A stretch of DNA of 64,000 nucleotides from Eledone cirrhosa. Its lineage: Eukaryota. The notes beneath the pieces were generated by a model. It searched no databases and was not told the origin of the DNA. It was given only the letters and a program-made list of their open reading frames with translations. Positions 26,953 through 42,102 of this stretch are shown here, piece after piece. The position numbers and the translations under genes are program-made. Positions within the stretch are counted from its first letter, which is position 1. Each line of letters begins with the position of its first letter. The DNA is taken from contig OZ024761.1 of the NCBI GenBank assembly GCA_964016885.1, forward strand, positions 4,712,001-4,776,000, written 5' to 3'.

Positions 26953-27594
26953 AACAGATGCGCAAACAGCCCAAACTACCCCACCAGAACCCTTAATGGT
27001 ACCACCCTTAGGCAGGTGGAAGATTACAAGTATCTTGGCTCACATATCTCCTCCTCCAAAAAATATTTTCTAACCAGGAAGGGTATGGCATGGTCAGCGT
27101 GCAATGACATGCACGCCATATGGACATCTCAACTTTCCAACAAGCTAATACTGGAAATATTCCAAGCAACCATTAAGCCCATATTACTTTATGGATCTGA
27201 AACTTGGACACTAACATCACAACTTGAGAGGAGATTGGATGGCACATATACCCGCCACTTAATGAGAGTGCAAAACCTATCCTGGAAACGACATCCCACC
27301 TTGTCTAAAATCTATGGCAAACTCCCTCGAGCCTCTGCCCTTCTAAAATCCCGGAGAGCTCAATCTGCTGGCCACTCTCACCGTGCCAGCAATGAAATCA
27401 TATCCGCTCTCTTGCTCTGGAACCCTGACTCCAGCCTGACTAGGAGTAGGAAGCTGTCATTCCCTGACGTTATCTCTAGGGATACGGGAATCAGTAGACA
27501 GGACCTGGGGGCAGCGATGGGGGACAGGGAATTCTGGGGCATGAGAGTGAGATCCATCATCTCGACAGTAGTCGACGAATGATGATGATGATGA
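26953..27594 (+). mobile_element. 5'-truncated RTE-like LINE with (GAT)n tail
   Basis: QVEDYKYLGS...ILLYGSETWTLT...RRLDGTYTRHLMRVQNLSW; stop followed by GATGATGATG. Confidence 0.85.
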
Positions 27595-27676
27595 CTATAA
27601 TTATAATTTAGTCACACTAACATCACCAACAATAACAACAACAACAGTAACAAAAACAACAACAGTAACAACAGTT

Positions 27677-27708
<32 letters not shown>

Positions 27709-28033
27709 AACAACAGTAACAACAACACTAACAACAACAACAACAGTAACCAAAGTAACAACAGTAACAACAACAATAACAACAACAACAACAGTAACAA
27801 GAATGGAACAGAAAATATTTGATTGAAAGCATCTCTTGGTGGTGGGGTGTCTAGGTGACCGGGTGGTGGGGTGTCTAGCTGTGTTGGAGTGACGTGTCTA
27901 GGTGTGGAGTGACCAGGTGTCCTGTGGTGGGGCGTCTAGGTGACCGGGTGGTGGGGTGTCTAGCTGTGTTGGAGTGACGTGTCTAGGTGGAGTGACCAGG
28001 TGTCCTGTGGTGGGGTGTCTAGGTGGTTGCAGG

Positions 28034-28070
28034 TATAAAATACGGTAGATTTCAACAGCAGAGACAGTCG
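28034..28070 (+). promoter_or_regulatory. Core promoter of the transferrin gene (TATA box plus initiator)
   Basis: TATAAAA at 28034-28040, CAGT initiator-like site ~30 bp downstream (28065-28068), AP-1 site TGAGTCA at 28099-28105, ACAATGG start context at 28130. Confidence 0.65.
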
Positions 28071-28129
28071 GAACCAAATAAGCAGCATAACACACAACTG
28101 AGTCAACAGAGACAGAACTAGAAAGAACA

Positions 28130-28187
28130 ATGGAATCTCCCAGGCCATTCCAATTATTGGTGTTGATAGTATTGGCATCACAAGCAG
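28130..28187 (+). CDS. Transferrin-family gene, exon 1 (signal peptide)
   Basis: MESPRPFQLLVLIVLASQA plus G, donor CAG/GTAGGA in phase 1; joins exon 2 to give ...[11 protein letters not shown], a plausible signal cleavage site. Confidence 0.72.
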
Positions 28188-28237
28188 GTAGGAGACTTTC
28201 TTTGTTGTTGTTTGGACATTTCATGTTAGCCTTCCAT

Positions 28238-28865
28238 AGCGTCAGGCTCACTGGTTACGGTATTCGGCTTATGTTCGTAAGGTTGTCAGTTCGATTCCCG
28301 ATGTCGCGCTTTATTTCACTGTGTCCTTAAGCAAGACACTTTATTTCCCGTTGCTCCAGTCCACTGTGTCCTTAAGCAAGACACTTTATTTCACGTTGCT
28401 CCAGTCCACTGTGTCCTTAAGCAAGACGCTTTATTTCACGTTGCTCCAGTCCACTGTGTCCTTAAGCAAGACACTTTATTTCACGTTGCTCCAATCCACT
28501 GTGTCCTTAAGCAAGACACTTTATTTCACCCTGCTCCAGTCCACTGTGTCCTTAAGCAAGACACTTTATTTCACGTTGCTCCAGTCCACTGTGTCCTTAA
28601 GCAAGACACTTTATTTCACGTTGCTCCAGTCCACTGTGTCCATAAGCAAGACACTTTATTTCACGTTGCTCCAGTCCACTCAGCTGGAATAAATGAGTTG
28701 TACCTGTAATTCGAAGGGCCAGCCTTGTCATATTCTGTGTCACACTGAATTTCCATGAGAACTCCGTTAAGGGGACGCGTGTCTGTGGAATGCTCAGCCA
28801 CTTCCACGTTAATTTCACGAGCAGGCTGTTCAGTTGATCACTCGTCGTAACTGACGAAGTGCCAG
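28238..28865 (+). mobile_element. tRNA-derived CORE-like SINE with 45-bp core amplified 8 times (28321-28680)
   Basis: B box GTTCGATTCC; tandem GTGTCCTTAAGCAAGACACTTTATTTCACGTTGCTCCAGTCCACT; then body and tail, also seen at 29340-29590. Confidence 0.8.
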
Positions 28866-29081
28866 TTTAGTCTTCCATAATTTAGTGCCGAAAATTGTGG
28901 TCGCAGTTGATCGAAGGTTTAAAAGGTTCGATTAAGCCCGAGTTCGATCTAACAACATCTTAAGCAAGTGTCAATCCCTATAGTCACGGGTGGTGGTCCA
29001 GCCATCTGTTGTAAGTGAGATTTGGCAGACAGAAACAGTTTTGAAGCCCGTCTGACGGACTGTCTATACATGTAATTCTGT

Positions 29082-29350
29082 GAATTACAGGTATAGACAG
29101 TCGTGTGACTATATGTCCCCGAGAGAATTACAGGTATAGACAGTCGTTTGACTATATCTACCCGAGAGAATTACAGGTATAGACAGTCGTGTGACTATAT
29201 CTACCCGAGAGAATTACAGGTATAGACAGTCGTCTGACTATATCTCCCCGAGAGAATTACAGGTATAGACAGTCCGTCTGACTATATCTCCCCGAGAGAA
29301 TTACAGGTATAGACAGTTCGTCTGACTATAATCCTCCCCGAGAGAATTAC
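29082..29350. repeat. ~44-bp minisatellite, 6 copies, derived from a SINE segment
   Basis: GAGAGAATTACAGGTATAGACAGTCGTGTGACTATATCTACCC repeats running into SINE body sequence. Confidence 0.85.
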
Positions 29351-30191
29351 GTTAAGGCGCTACGGGTTTATAGAATGCTCGGCCACTTAGACGTTAATTT
29401 CATGAGCCATACCTATAATTCAGAGGACCAGCCTTGTCACACACTTTCATACTGATATACCCTGAGAATTACAGTAAGTGTACGCGTGTCTTGGCATGCT
29501 CAGTCACTTACATGACAATTTCATGAGCAGGGCTGTTGCGTTGATTGAACAACTGGAATACTCATCGTCGTAACCGACAGAGACCGTTCCACATCCTCCA
29601 TAACAATTGTGTTGCGGCTTACTAGTCATCTCCCGGAAACGCAGGTCACTCTATTTGGCCGTGCCACCGAAACCCCCGTTGTATCAGTCTTCTATTTGGC
29701 CTTGCCACCCATGGCCGTGCCACCGAAACCCTGTTGTACCAGTCTTCTATTTGGCCGTTCCACCGAAAACCTGTTGTACCAGTCTTCTATTTGACCGTCC
29801 CACCCATGGCCGTGCCACCGAAAACCTGTTGAATCTCACGAATGGTTTCCGTTTGGGCATCTCCAAGTTGTTTCCCAACTTTATATAGCATCGTTGCTCC
29901 ACATGTTTGGTTATCACAGACGAAATGATGATGTGACGTGGAAGAGGTAGAGCACCTCACACACTGTCAAGTGTCTGGTGTACCCAGAGAGCTGGCTAAA
30001 AACCACGCATGTGTATAAATATATGCGGCTCCACTCTGCATATTTTTGTCTCCCTAATGCCATTGTTTCCCACCGAAAAAAAATTATAATGTCGTTTACT
30101 CTTTCAACAGACCTCATATATAAGGTACGTATTCATATTCGTACGGTTTTAGTACATAGCCCATAGTTTTACAGACACACACATGTGTGTG

Positions 30192-30286
<95 letters not shown>

Positions 30287-30344
30287 ATATATGTGTATAA
30301 TCGAAAAAAACGAGGAAGTTTTGTTTACATGTAAAATATGTTTA

Positions 30345-30432
30345 TTGTTACGCGCGTTTCGCAGAGGATTGGCTCAAAGTAACCCATAGGTTTTATGGAC
30401 CCGACTCCATTATCGATCTGTTCCTCAGACTG
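30345..30432 (-). ncRNA. Hammerhead-like motif with long stem II insertion (degenerate stem I)
   Basis: GU-CUGAGGA-ACAGA...UCUGC-GAAAC GCGC GUA-AC; palindromic stem III ACGCGCGU. Confidence 0.55.
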
Positions 30433-30530
30433 GCGATGTGGCAAACAAATAATATATATATATGAATGTGTATAGAGTACTTGATTTGGTACCAACACCA
30501 GCAACTCACTGTACTACCCCCCCCCCCCCC

Positions 30531-30563
<33 letters not shown>

Positions 30564-30878
30564 TCAACCCATGGCCATGCCACCGAAAACCTGTTGGTTT
30601 CCGTTTGGGCATTTCCAAGCTGTTTCCCAACTTTATATAGCATCGTTGCTCCACATGTTGAATAATGGTTTAATTAGTTTAATACTGGTTTAATCCTGAT
30701 ACATACTAGCTGATTAGCCCGTCATTACTGGGCAATAATCACAATAGTATGACTTTATTTCAATTTTTTAGATATATCCCGCCGAGGTTAACTTTGCCTT
30801 TCATTCTTACGGGGTCAATAAAATGAAGTACCAGTAATACACTGGGATAATTGCTGGCCTTGTGCCAAAAGTAGAAAC

Positions 30879-30960
<82 letters not shown>

Positions 30961-31235
30961 TAGAAAGAGTCGGAGCCCGACAGCTGAGCTCTTGCCGTTT
31001 CGACAGTTAGTTCCAGACTATATAGTGACACTCTGTTATCCTAAATATTGAGTACTCTGTTGAATAATGGTTTAATTAGTTTAATACTGGTTTAATCCTG
31101 ATACATACTAGCTGAGTAGCCCGTCGTTACTGGGCAATAATCACAATAGTATGACTTTATTTCAATTTTTTATGCCATGTCTCTCCCGAAGGGTAGTCCC
31201 CTTGATGAGAACGGATTTCTTTATTAATCGGGTCA

Positions 31236-31850
31236 ATTACAATGTTTGTATAAACAATGTTAGTTGTCTTTCTATCTGGTGCAGAGATGTAGAGATTTTC
31301 TTCACTTCCTACTCTTGAACATCCAACGTAATCTGAGCATGGGTGAAGCAGGGCTCTTCAACATGTCAACCAGAAACTGAAAATGTTTGTCTTTGTGATT
31401 TGTTGATGGTCATGGCAAAACTAAGACTCACTAGAAATTGAAGTTGTTTGAATTGAAATAGGACATGAGAGGGGATAAGAGGAATTCTTGAAAAGAAGCC
31501 TTCCTCTCCCCTACCACATCCTGTTGAAATGGTGGCTTGAATCATGTGTAGATACATATTTTTCACAACCAGTCGAGTGGCATTGCATAGCCTTGGAGGG
31601 TCCAAATTCCTCAATAACATGATGGGTGTTACTTCTTTAAGGTGACAAACATGTGGAGGCATTTCTGGTGGTTCTAAAGAGTTGAGAAACTCTGTCAGAT
31701 AATTGACAGCATAGCCTTGGGGGGTCCAAATTCCTCAATAACATGATGGGTGTTACTTCTTTAAGGTGAAAGACATGTGGAGGCATTTCTGGTGGTTCTA
31801 AAGAGTTGAGGAACTATGTCAGGTAATTGACAGCTCCTGACAGTTCCACC
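31236..31850 (-). mobile_element. Helitron Rep/Hel C-terminal Pif1 helicase fragment (pseudogenised, internal ~120-bp duplication)
   Basis: [21 protein letters not shown]...RIPLIPS...SFAMTINKSQ.QT...PCFTHAQ.YVGCSRVG...TTNIVY. Confidence 0.9.
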
Positions 31851-32009
31851 ACAGTTCCACCACAGTTCAATAGAGCTTGGAAACCTTTGGAATTGATCCC
31901 ATTGCTAATACTATCTATTGGTCGCCCGGTCTGGGAATCGAAATCACAACCTCGCCATTGCGAAACCGATTCTCTAACCACTCAGCAACACGCCTTCACA
32001 TTACCATAC

Positions 32010-32047
<38 letters not shown>

Positions 32048-32059
32048 TCTTATTTTACG

Positions 32060-32203
<144 letters not shown>

Positions 32204-32262
32204 CGTAAAATAAGAAAATTTTAAAAAATTTTAAAAAAATTAACTTACTTACTAAAATTTTC

Positions 32263-32344
32263 ACTCCAACTAATTAGTTTCTGCAATGGGATAAAGACAG
32301 TTACGTAATTTAACTGTCGAGAATTCATTGCGTCATCAGGGAGT
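32263..32344 (-). ncRNA. Type I hammerhead ribozyme with extended stem II
   Basis: ACUCC-CUGAUGA-C GCAAUG..GACAGUUA/UAACUGUC..CAUUGC A-GAAAC UAAUUA GUU-GGAGU; palindromic stem III. Confidence 0.75.
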
Positions 32345-32614
32345 CTATTCTCAGCTAAGTCTCCAGGCAATACGCGGACACTGGGCACTCATAAAAATAA
32401 TAATAATTCAGTAGATGGAACAGCTAGCGGGGACTGGATTCCATGCACTGAAAATCTCGCTGTCTCTGGTCAAGTGGCTGATTCTAAAGAATCAATCACG
32501 TGACACTGAGGCTAGTCGGTAGGAGTGGGATGGTAAGATGACAGAAGCCTACTATCACACCAATAAATTAGTAGTGGGTTTGGCAGGTTTGCTCAACAAA
32601 TAAGTAATTTGGAG

Positions 32615-36932
<4,318 letters not shown>

Positions 36933-37329
36933 GATGACTGCGCCCTCGTTATCGAATATGGTCATTGCACGATATAATATTATTAGTAATTATTAATTAA
37001 TTCTATCGTGCAATGCCTGTGCGTGAAGAATTTTTAAAGTGAGGAAAGACTGTGCACTGAGCTACAGTAGCTATAACCCGAAAAGAAGAAAAGATCAACA
37101 TCATCGGTAACTACTGAGCCGCAGGTTTTATGTCGGAGTTATCCCAGTTTCCTGAGTTGCGTTCTCCTAGAAGAATGCCCTGACAAAGGCTAGGGGTCCT
37201 TCACTCCCAGTGGTTTAACCGCGCGATCGAATATCCAGCGCGACTATTTCTATGACCCCCGAACCAACATACATACATACATACATACATACATACATAC
37301 ATACATACATACATACATACATACATACA

Positions 37330-37740
37330 TGGTGGCTGCCAACTCGTTTTCGAGTACGGCCACTACTTTATATCCACGTAGGAGAACCCCTACCGATGCG
37401 CTGAACGAGTGTGACTTTTTAGTCCAGCCAGCGACTTGAAAACTCTGGCACAAACACTACACTTGTGACAATTATTGACACATAGTGCTGGGCCCATGGT
37501 ACCATGTGACGACAAGTGCAGAGAGATCTCCAGATATAAAGCAATGCCTGTGCCATGAAGCTTTTATAGTGAGCAAAGGCACTGCACAAAGCCAGTCCCA
37601 CTCTGTTAACCAAGATGATATTTACCAAAAAGAAGAACAAGTCAACATCATTGGATTCCATCAGAGTTGCAGGTGTTATATCAGAGTTTTCCTTCTCCTA
37701 GAATTCTGCCTTGACAACGGCTAAGGGGTCATCTCTCCCG
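37330..37740 (+). mobile_element. RTE-related non-autonomous element, copy 3
   Basis: Near-identical to 20671-21081 and flanked by (CATA)n. Confidence 0.7.
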
Positions 37741-37791
37741 AATACATACATACATACATACATACATACATACATACATACATACATACAA

Positions 37792-38190
37792 ACAAAGCCC
37801 CAATAATAAACACATTAAAAGCTACAGCAATGTGGAAGACATACATATACATATGAAAGAATACTGGTGGAATGTTCCAGTAAAAAACCCCAATAAAATG
37901 CAGGCATAACAGACCAGATATTATGATATGGGACAGGGGGAAGAAGGCATGCACAGTAGTGGAAGTTAGATGCCCAGCAGATGCCAATATAATATCAAAG
38001 ATTAGCGAAAAAGAGAATATTTAACCGATGAGAGATCTGCATATATTCCACCCTGACTATACCTTCAGATTTATACCTGTGATTATTGGGGCACTGGGAT
38101 ATGTTAGTAACTGCCTCAGTACAAATCTTGAGAAGCTGGGTTTCACAGGAACAGAAAGAACACAACTAGTTAGAAAATTACAAGTACAAT
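37792..38190 (+). mobile_element. R4/Dong endonuclease fragment
   Basis: Closely similar to 58770-59172 (HNRPDIMIWDR..VVE). Confidence 0.85.
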
Positions 38191-38366
38191 ATTGGAAAAA
38201 AAAAATGGCCACGCATCATGTCCCTTTCTTCTTTCTTTCTTTCTTTTTTATCTCTTTTCCTTATTCAGTTATATATACTATCATCTCTATCTTGCTCTCC
38301 CTTCTTTTTATCTTCATCTTTTTATCTTTTTCCCTTTTCTCTTCTATTTAGCTCTCTCTCTCTCTC

Positions 38367-38474
<108 letters not shown>

Positions 38475-38740
38475 TTTATAACACGGATAATTACATATTT
38501 AAATATTTAACATTTATATACTTATGTGTTTTTTTATTTTTTTATTTATTTATTCTATACTTTCTCCTACTCAGCCACTCCTAATACTTATTTCTCGCTA
38601 CTTACCCCTCTCCATCATATTTAGTTTGTCACACTTTTACTTGTGGTATATAAATATTGAGTTTTGTTGTAATAAATCACTTCCAAGACTGGAATTGAAC
38701 CATCAGCACAGTTGAGGTATGTCACACATCAATTTATGTA

Positions 38741-38803
38741 TTTTATCTGATGAGGACGTACTGAAAAAAACACCACAATACCTCCGAAATATATATAATA
38801 AAA
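38741..38803 (+). ncRNA. Minimal type I hammerhead ribozyme, sense strand in transferrin intron 1
   Basis: UUUUAU-CUGAUGA-GGACGUA...UACCUCC-GAAA UAUAU AUA-AUAAAA. Confidence 0.78.
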
Positions 38804-38956
38804 CATATATTTTGATTATGTGAATGTATCCATTTATTAATATTTTGAAGTAATACTAATAACTCCAGAAAACTTCATTGTTGAGTGCTTTTAATCTATT
38901 GTAAAACTATATTCATTGAGTAATCAATGAACCTTGTTTAACATTTGGTTATATAC

Positions 38957-39014
<58 letters not shown>

Positions 39015-39015
39015 T

Positions 39016-39191
<176 letters not shown>

Positions 39192-39235
39192 AGAGAGAGA
39201 GACTGGTTTTATCATCTCCTACTTTGATGTTCCAG

Positions 39236-39410
39236 TGATTGCTGAGCCAAGACTTTGCGTGACATCAATGGCAGAACAACAAAAGTGTAACACCTTTTAC
39301 AACATGACATGTGTCCTAGGCTCCGATGGTCTGGATTGTATGAAGAAAATCAAGACAAAAGTAGCTGATATAACTTCCCTTGATGGCGGATATATTTACA
39401 GAGCCGGAAA
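39236..39410 (+). CDS. Transferrin-family gene, exon 2
   Basis: TTCCAG acceptor, GTAAGA donor; [57 protein letters not shown], the transferrin lobe start with the Asp ligand. Absent from the ORF track. Confidence 0.93.
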
Positions 39411-39467
39411 GTAAGATTTTTTTTTAATTAAATTTCATCTATATATAAATTTCTGCGATTCTGTCAC

Positions 39468-40197
39468 AATATGTAAAGAGAGAGGTGTAGTTTGACTACC
39501 TCATACTACTCCTCTCTCTTTACCCCTGTTGCATATGTACAACATGTAAAGAGAGAGGTGTAGTTTGACTACCTCATACTACTCCTCTCTCTTTACCTCT
39601 GCTGTCTGTGTACAACATGTAAAGAGAGAGGTGTAGTTTGACTACCTCATACTACTCCTCTCTCTTTACCTCTGCTGCATATGTACAACATGTAAAGAGA
39701 GAGGAGTAGTTTGACTACCTCATACTACTCCTCTCTCTTTGCCTTTGCTGCCTATGTACAACATGTAAAGAGAGAGGAGTAGTTTGACTACCTCATACTA
39801 CTCCTCTCTCTTTGCCTTTGCTGGCTGTGTACAACATGTAAAGAGAGAGGAGTAGTTTGACTACCTCATACTACTCCTCTCTCTTTACCTCTGCTGCCTG
39901 TGTACAACATGTAAAGAGAGAGGAGTAGTTTGACTACCTCATACTAGTCCTCTCTCTTTACCTCTGCTGCCTGTGTACAACATGTAAAGAGAGAGGAGTA
40001 GTTTGACTACCTCATACTACTCCTCTCTCTTTACCTCTGCTGCCTGTGTACAACATGTAAAGAGAGAGGAGTAGTTTGACTACCTCATACTACTCCTCTC
40101 TCTTTGCCTCTGCTGCCTGTGTACAACATGTAAAGAGAGAGGAGTAGTTTGACTACCTCATACTACTCCCCTCTCTTTAGGTCTGCTGCCTGTGTGA
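39468..40197. repeat. 73-bp tandem repeat x10, each unit an internal hairpin
   Basis: GTAAAGAGAGAGGAGTAGT-TTGACTACCTCAT-ACTACTCCTCTCTCTTTAC in each unit. Confidence 0.95.
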
Positions 40198-41058
40198 ATG
40201 TATGTGTGTGTAAAAGGGAGGAAGGGGGTGCTGAAAAAACTATAGCAAAATAATGGATGGCGTTCCATTTGTTATGCTGTGTGTATGTGTGAATGTATGT
40301 GTGTTTGTGTGTATGTATGTGTATATTTGTGTGAATGTATGTATTTGTGTGTATGCATGTGTATATTTGTGTGAATGTATGTGTTTGTGTGTAAGTATGT
40401 GTGTGTTTGTGTGAATGTATGTGTTTGTGTGAATGTATGTGTTTGTGTGAAAGTATGTGTGTGTTTGTGTGAATGTATGTGTGTGTGTTTGTGTGAATGT
40501 ATGTGTGTGTGTTTGTGTGAATGTATGTGTGTGTTTGTGTGAAAGTATGTGTGTGTTTGTGTGAATGTATGTGTGTGTGTTTGTGTGAATGTATGTGTGT
40601 GTTTGTGTGAAAGTATGTGTGTGTTTGTGTGAATGTATGTTTGTGTTAATGTATGTGTGTTTGTGTGAATGTATGTGTGTGTGTCTGTGTGAATGTATGT
40701 GTGTGTTTGTGTGAATGTATGTCTGAGTGTGTATTTTGTGTGTCTGTGTTTGCATGTTTATATTTATATACTCATATATATAAATGTATACATATGTACA
40801 TACACACGCACACATACATACACACACATACACACACATCCCAACGCACAAATACACACACTCTCCCCAAGTTACCGACCCTTACACACACACACACACA
40901 CACACACAAATACACACACTCTACCCAAGCTACCGGCCCTTACACACACACATACACATACACACACTCTTCCCAAGCTACCGGCCCTTACACACACACA
41001 CACACACACTTCCCAAGCAACCGGCCGTTCTGTCTAAGAGATCATTCTTGTTTTGTAG

Positions 41059-41177
41059 GTGTTATGGCCTGAAACCAATCTTGACTGAAAAATATAACAA
41101 CATGCCTGGTGGAAAGGGTTACTATGCAGTAGCTGTAGCCAAGAAAAGTTCCCACGTCACTATCAACACTCTAGAAG
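41059..41177 (+). CDS. Transferrin-family gene, exon 3
   Basis: TTTTGTAG acceptor, G/GTCAGC donor, phases match both neighbours; (K)CYGLKPILTEKYNNMPGGKGYYAVAVAKKSSHVTINTLE(G). Confidence 0.93.
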
Positions 41178-41229
41178 GTCAGCCATTTTACGATACTAAC
41201 ATTCCAACACTTGGCAGTATCGACGGCAA

Positions 41230-41972
41230 CGGTAATTGGCAGTATCGGTAGAGAGTCGGACACCATGTCTTGCAGCATAGAGCTACGTCCCTTTGCAGTC
41301 TGAGTTCAAATCCCGCCGAGGTTAACTTTGCCTTTCAACCTTACGGGGTCGATAAAATAAAGTACCAGTAATACACTGGTGGTAATTGCTGGCCTTGTGC
41401 CAAAAGTAGAAACAATTATTTCAATACGCTGACGTGTATGTGTAAATGTGTGTACGTGTGTGTATGTGCATTTCATACATTTATATGTATGAGTATATAA
41501 ATATAAAGCGGCGAACTGTCAGAGTCGTTAAGACGTCGGATAGAATGCTTTACAGCAGGAATTTCATACATGCGGCCCGCGGACTGCACGCGGCCCTTTA
41601 CAAGCGCACCTGCGCATTTATTATTTAGATCGGTCAAGGGCGTTGGATTGGCAGAATCGGTAGAACGATGGACAAAATGCTTTGCAGTATTTAGTTATGG
41701 CCCTTTACGTTCTGAGTTCAAATCCCCCGCACTGGGGTCGATATAGTCGACTTTCCCCATCCCTTCAAATTGCTGGCCTTGTACCAAATGTAGAAACAAT
41801 TATTTAGACCGGACAAAATAATTTGCGGCATATAGTTACGGCCCTTTCGTTCTGAGTTCAAATTCCGCCGAGGTTAGCTTGGCCTTTCATCTTTACGTGG
41901 TCGATAAAATAAAGTACCAGTAATGCACTGGGGTAATTGCTGGCCTTGTGCCAAAAGTAGAAACAATTATTA
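41230..41972 (+). mobile_element. Cluster of tRNA-derived SINE copies (second family)
   Basis: Repeated GAGTTCAAATCCCGCCGAGGTTAACTTTGCCTTTCA...GATAAAATAAAGTACCAG...GGCCTTGTGCCAAAAGTAGAAAC; fragments also at ~12780, 16420, 30775, 62200 and 63490. Confidence 0.8.
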
Positions 41973-42102
41973 GTTAAACACCGTAAAGTCTTTAGTAGCT
42001 CAGGCTGTCGTTTCTGCAAGTCTATTCCACAAATGATACCAGTCATAAGCGCAGGTTTAATTTCAAGGCTACGTTTCAATTGTTGTAGTCTATATTTGAA
42101 TG

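Noticed and set aside
28066-28129. Iron-responsive element in the transferrin UTRs
   Set aside because: No CAGUGN-loop hairpin seen in the predicted 5'UTR or 3'UTR.
39468-40197. CRISPR-like appearance of the palindromic repeat array
   Set aside because: Linkers are near-identical rather than unique spacers, the context is a eukaryotic intron, and there are no cas genes.
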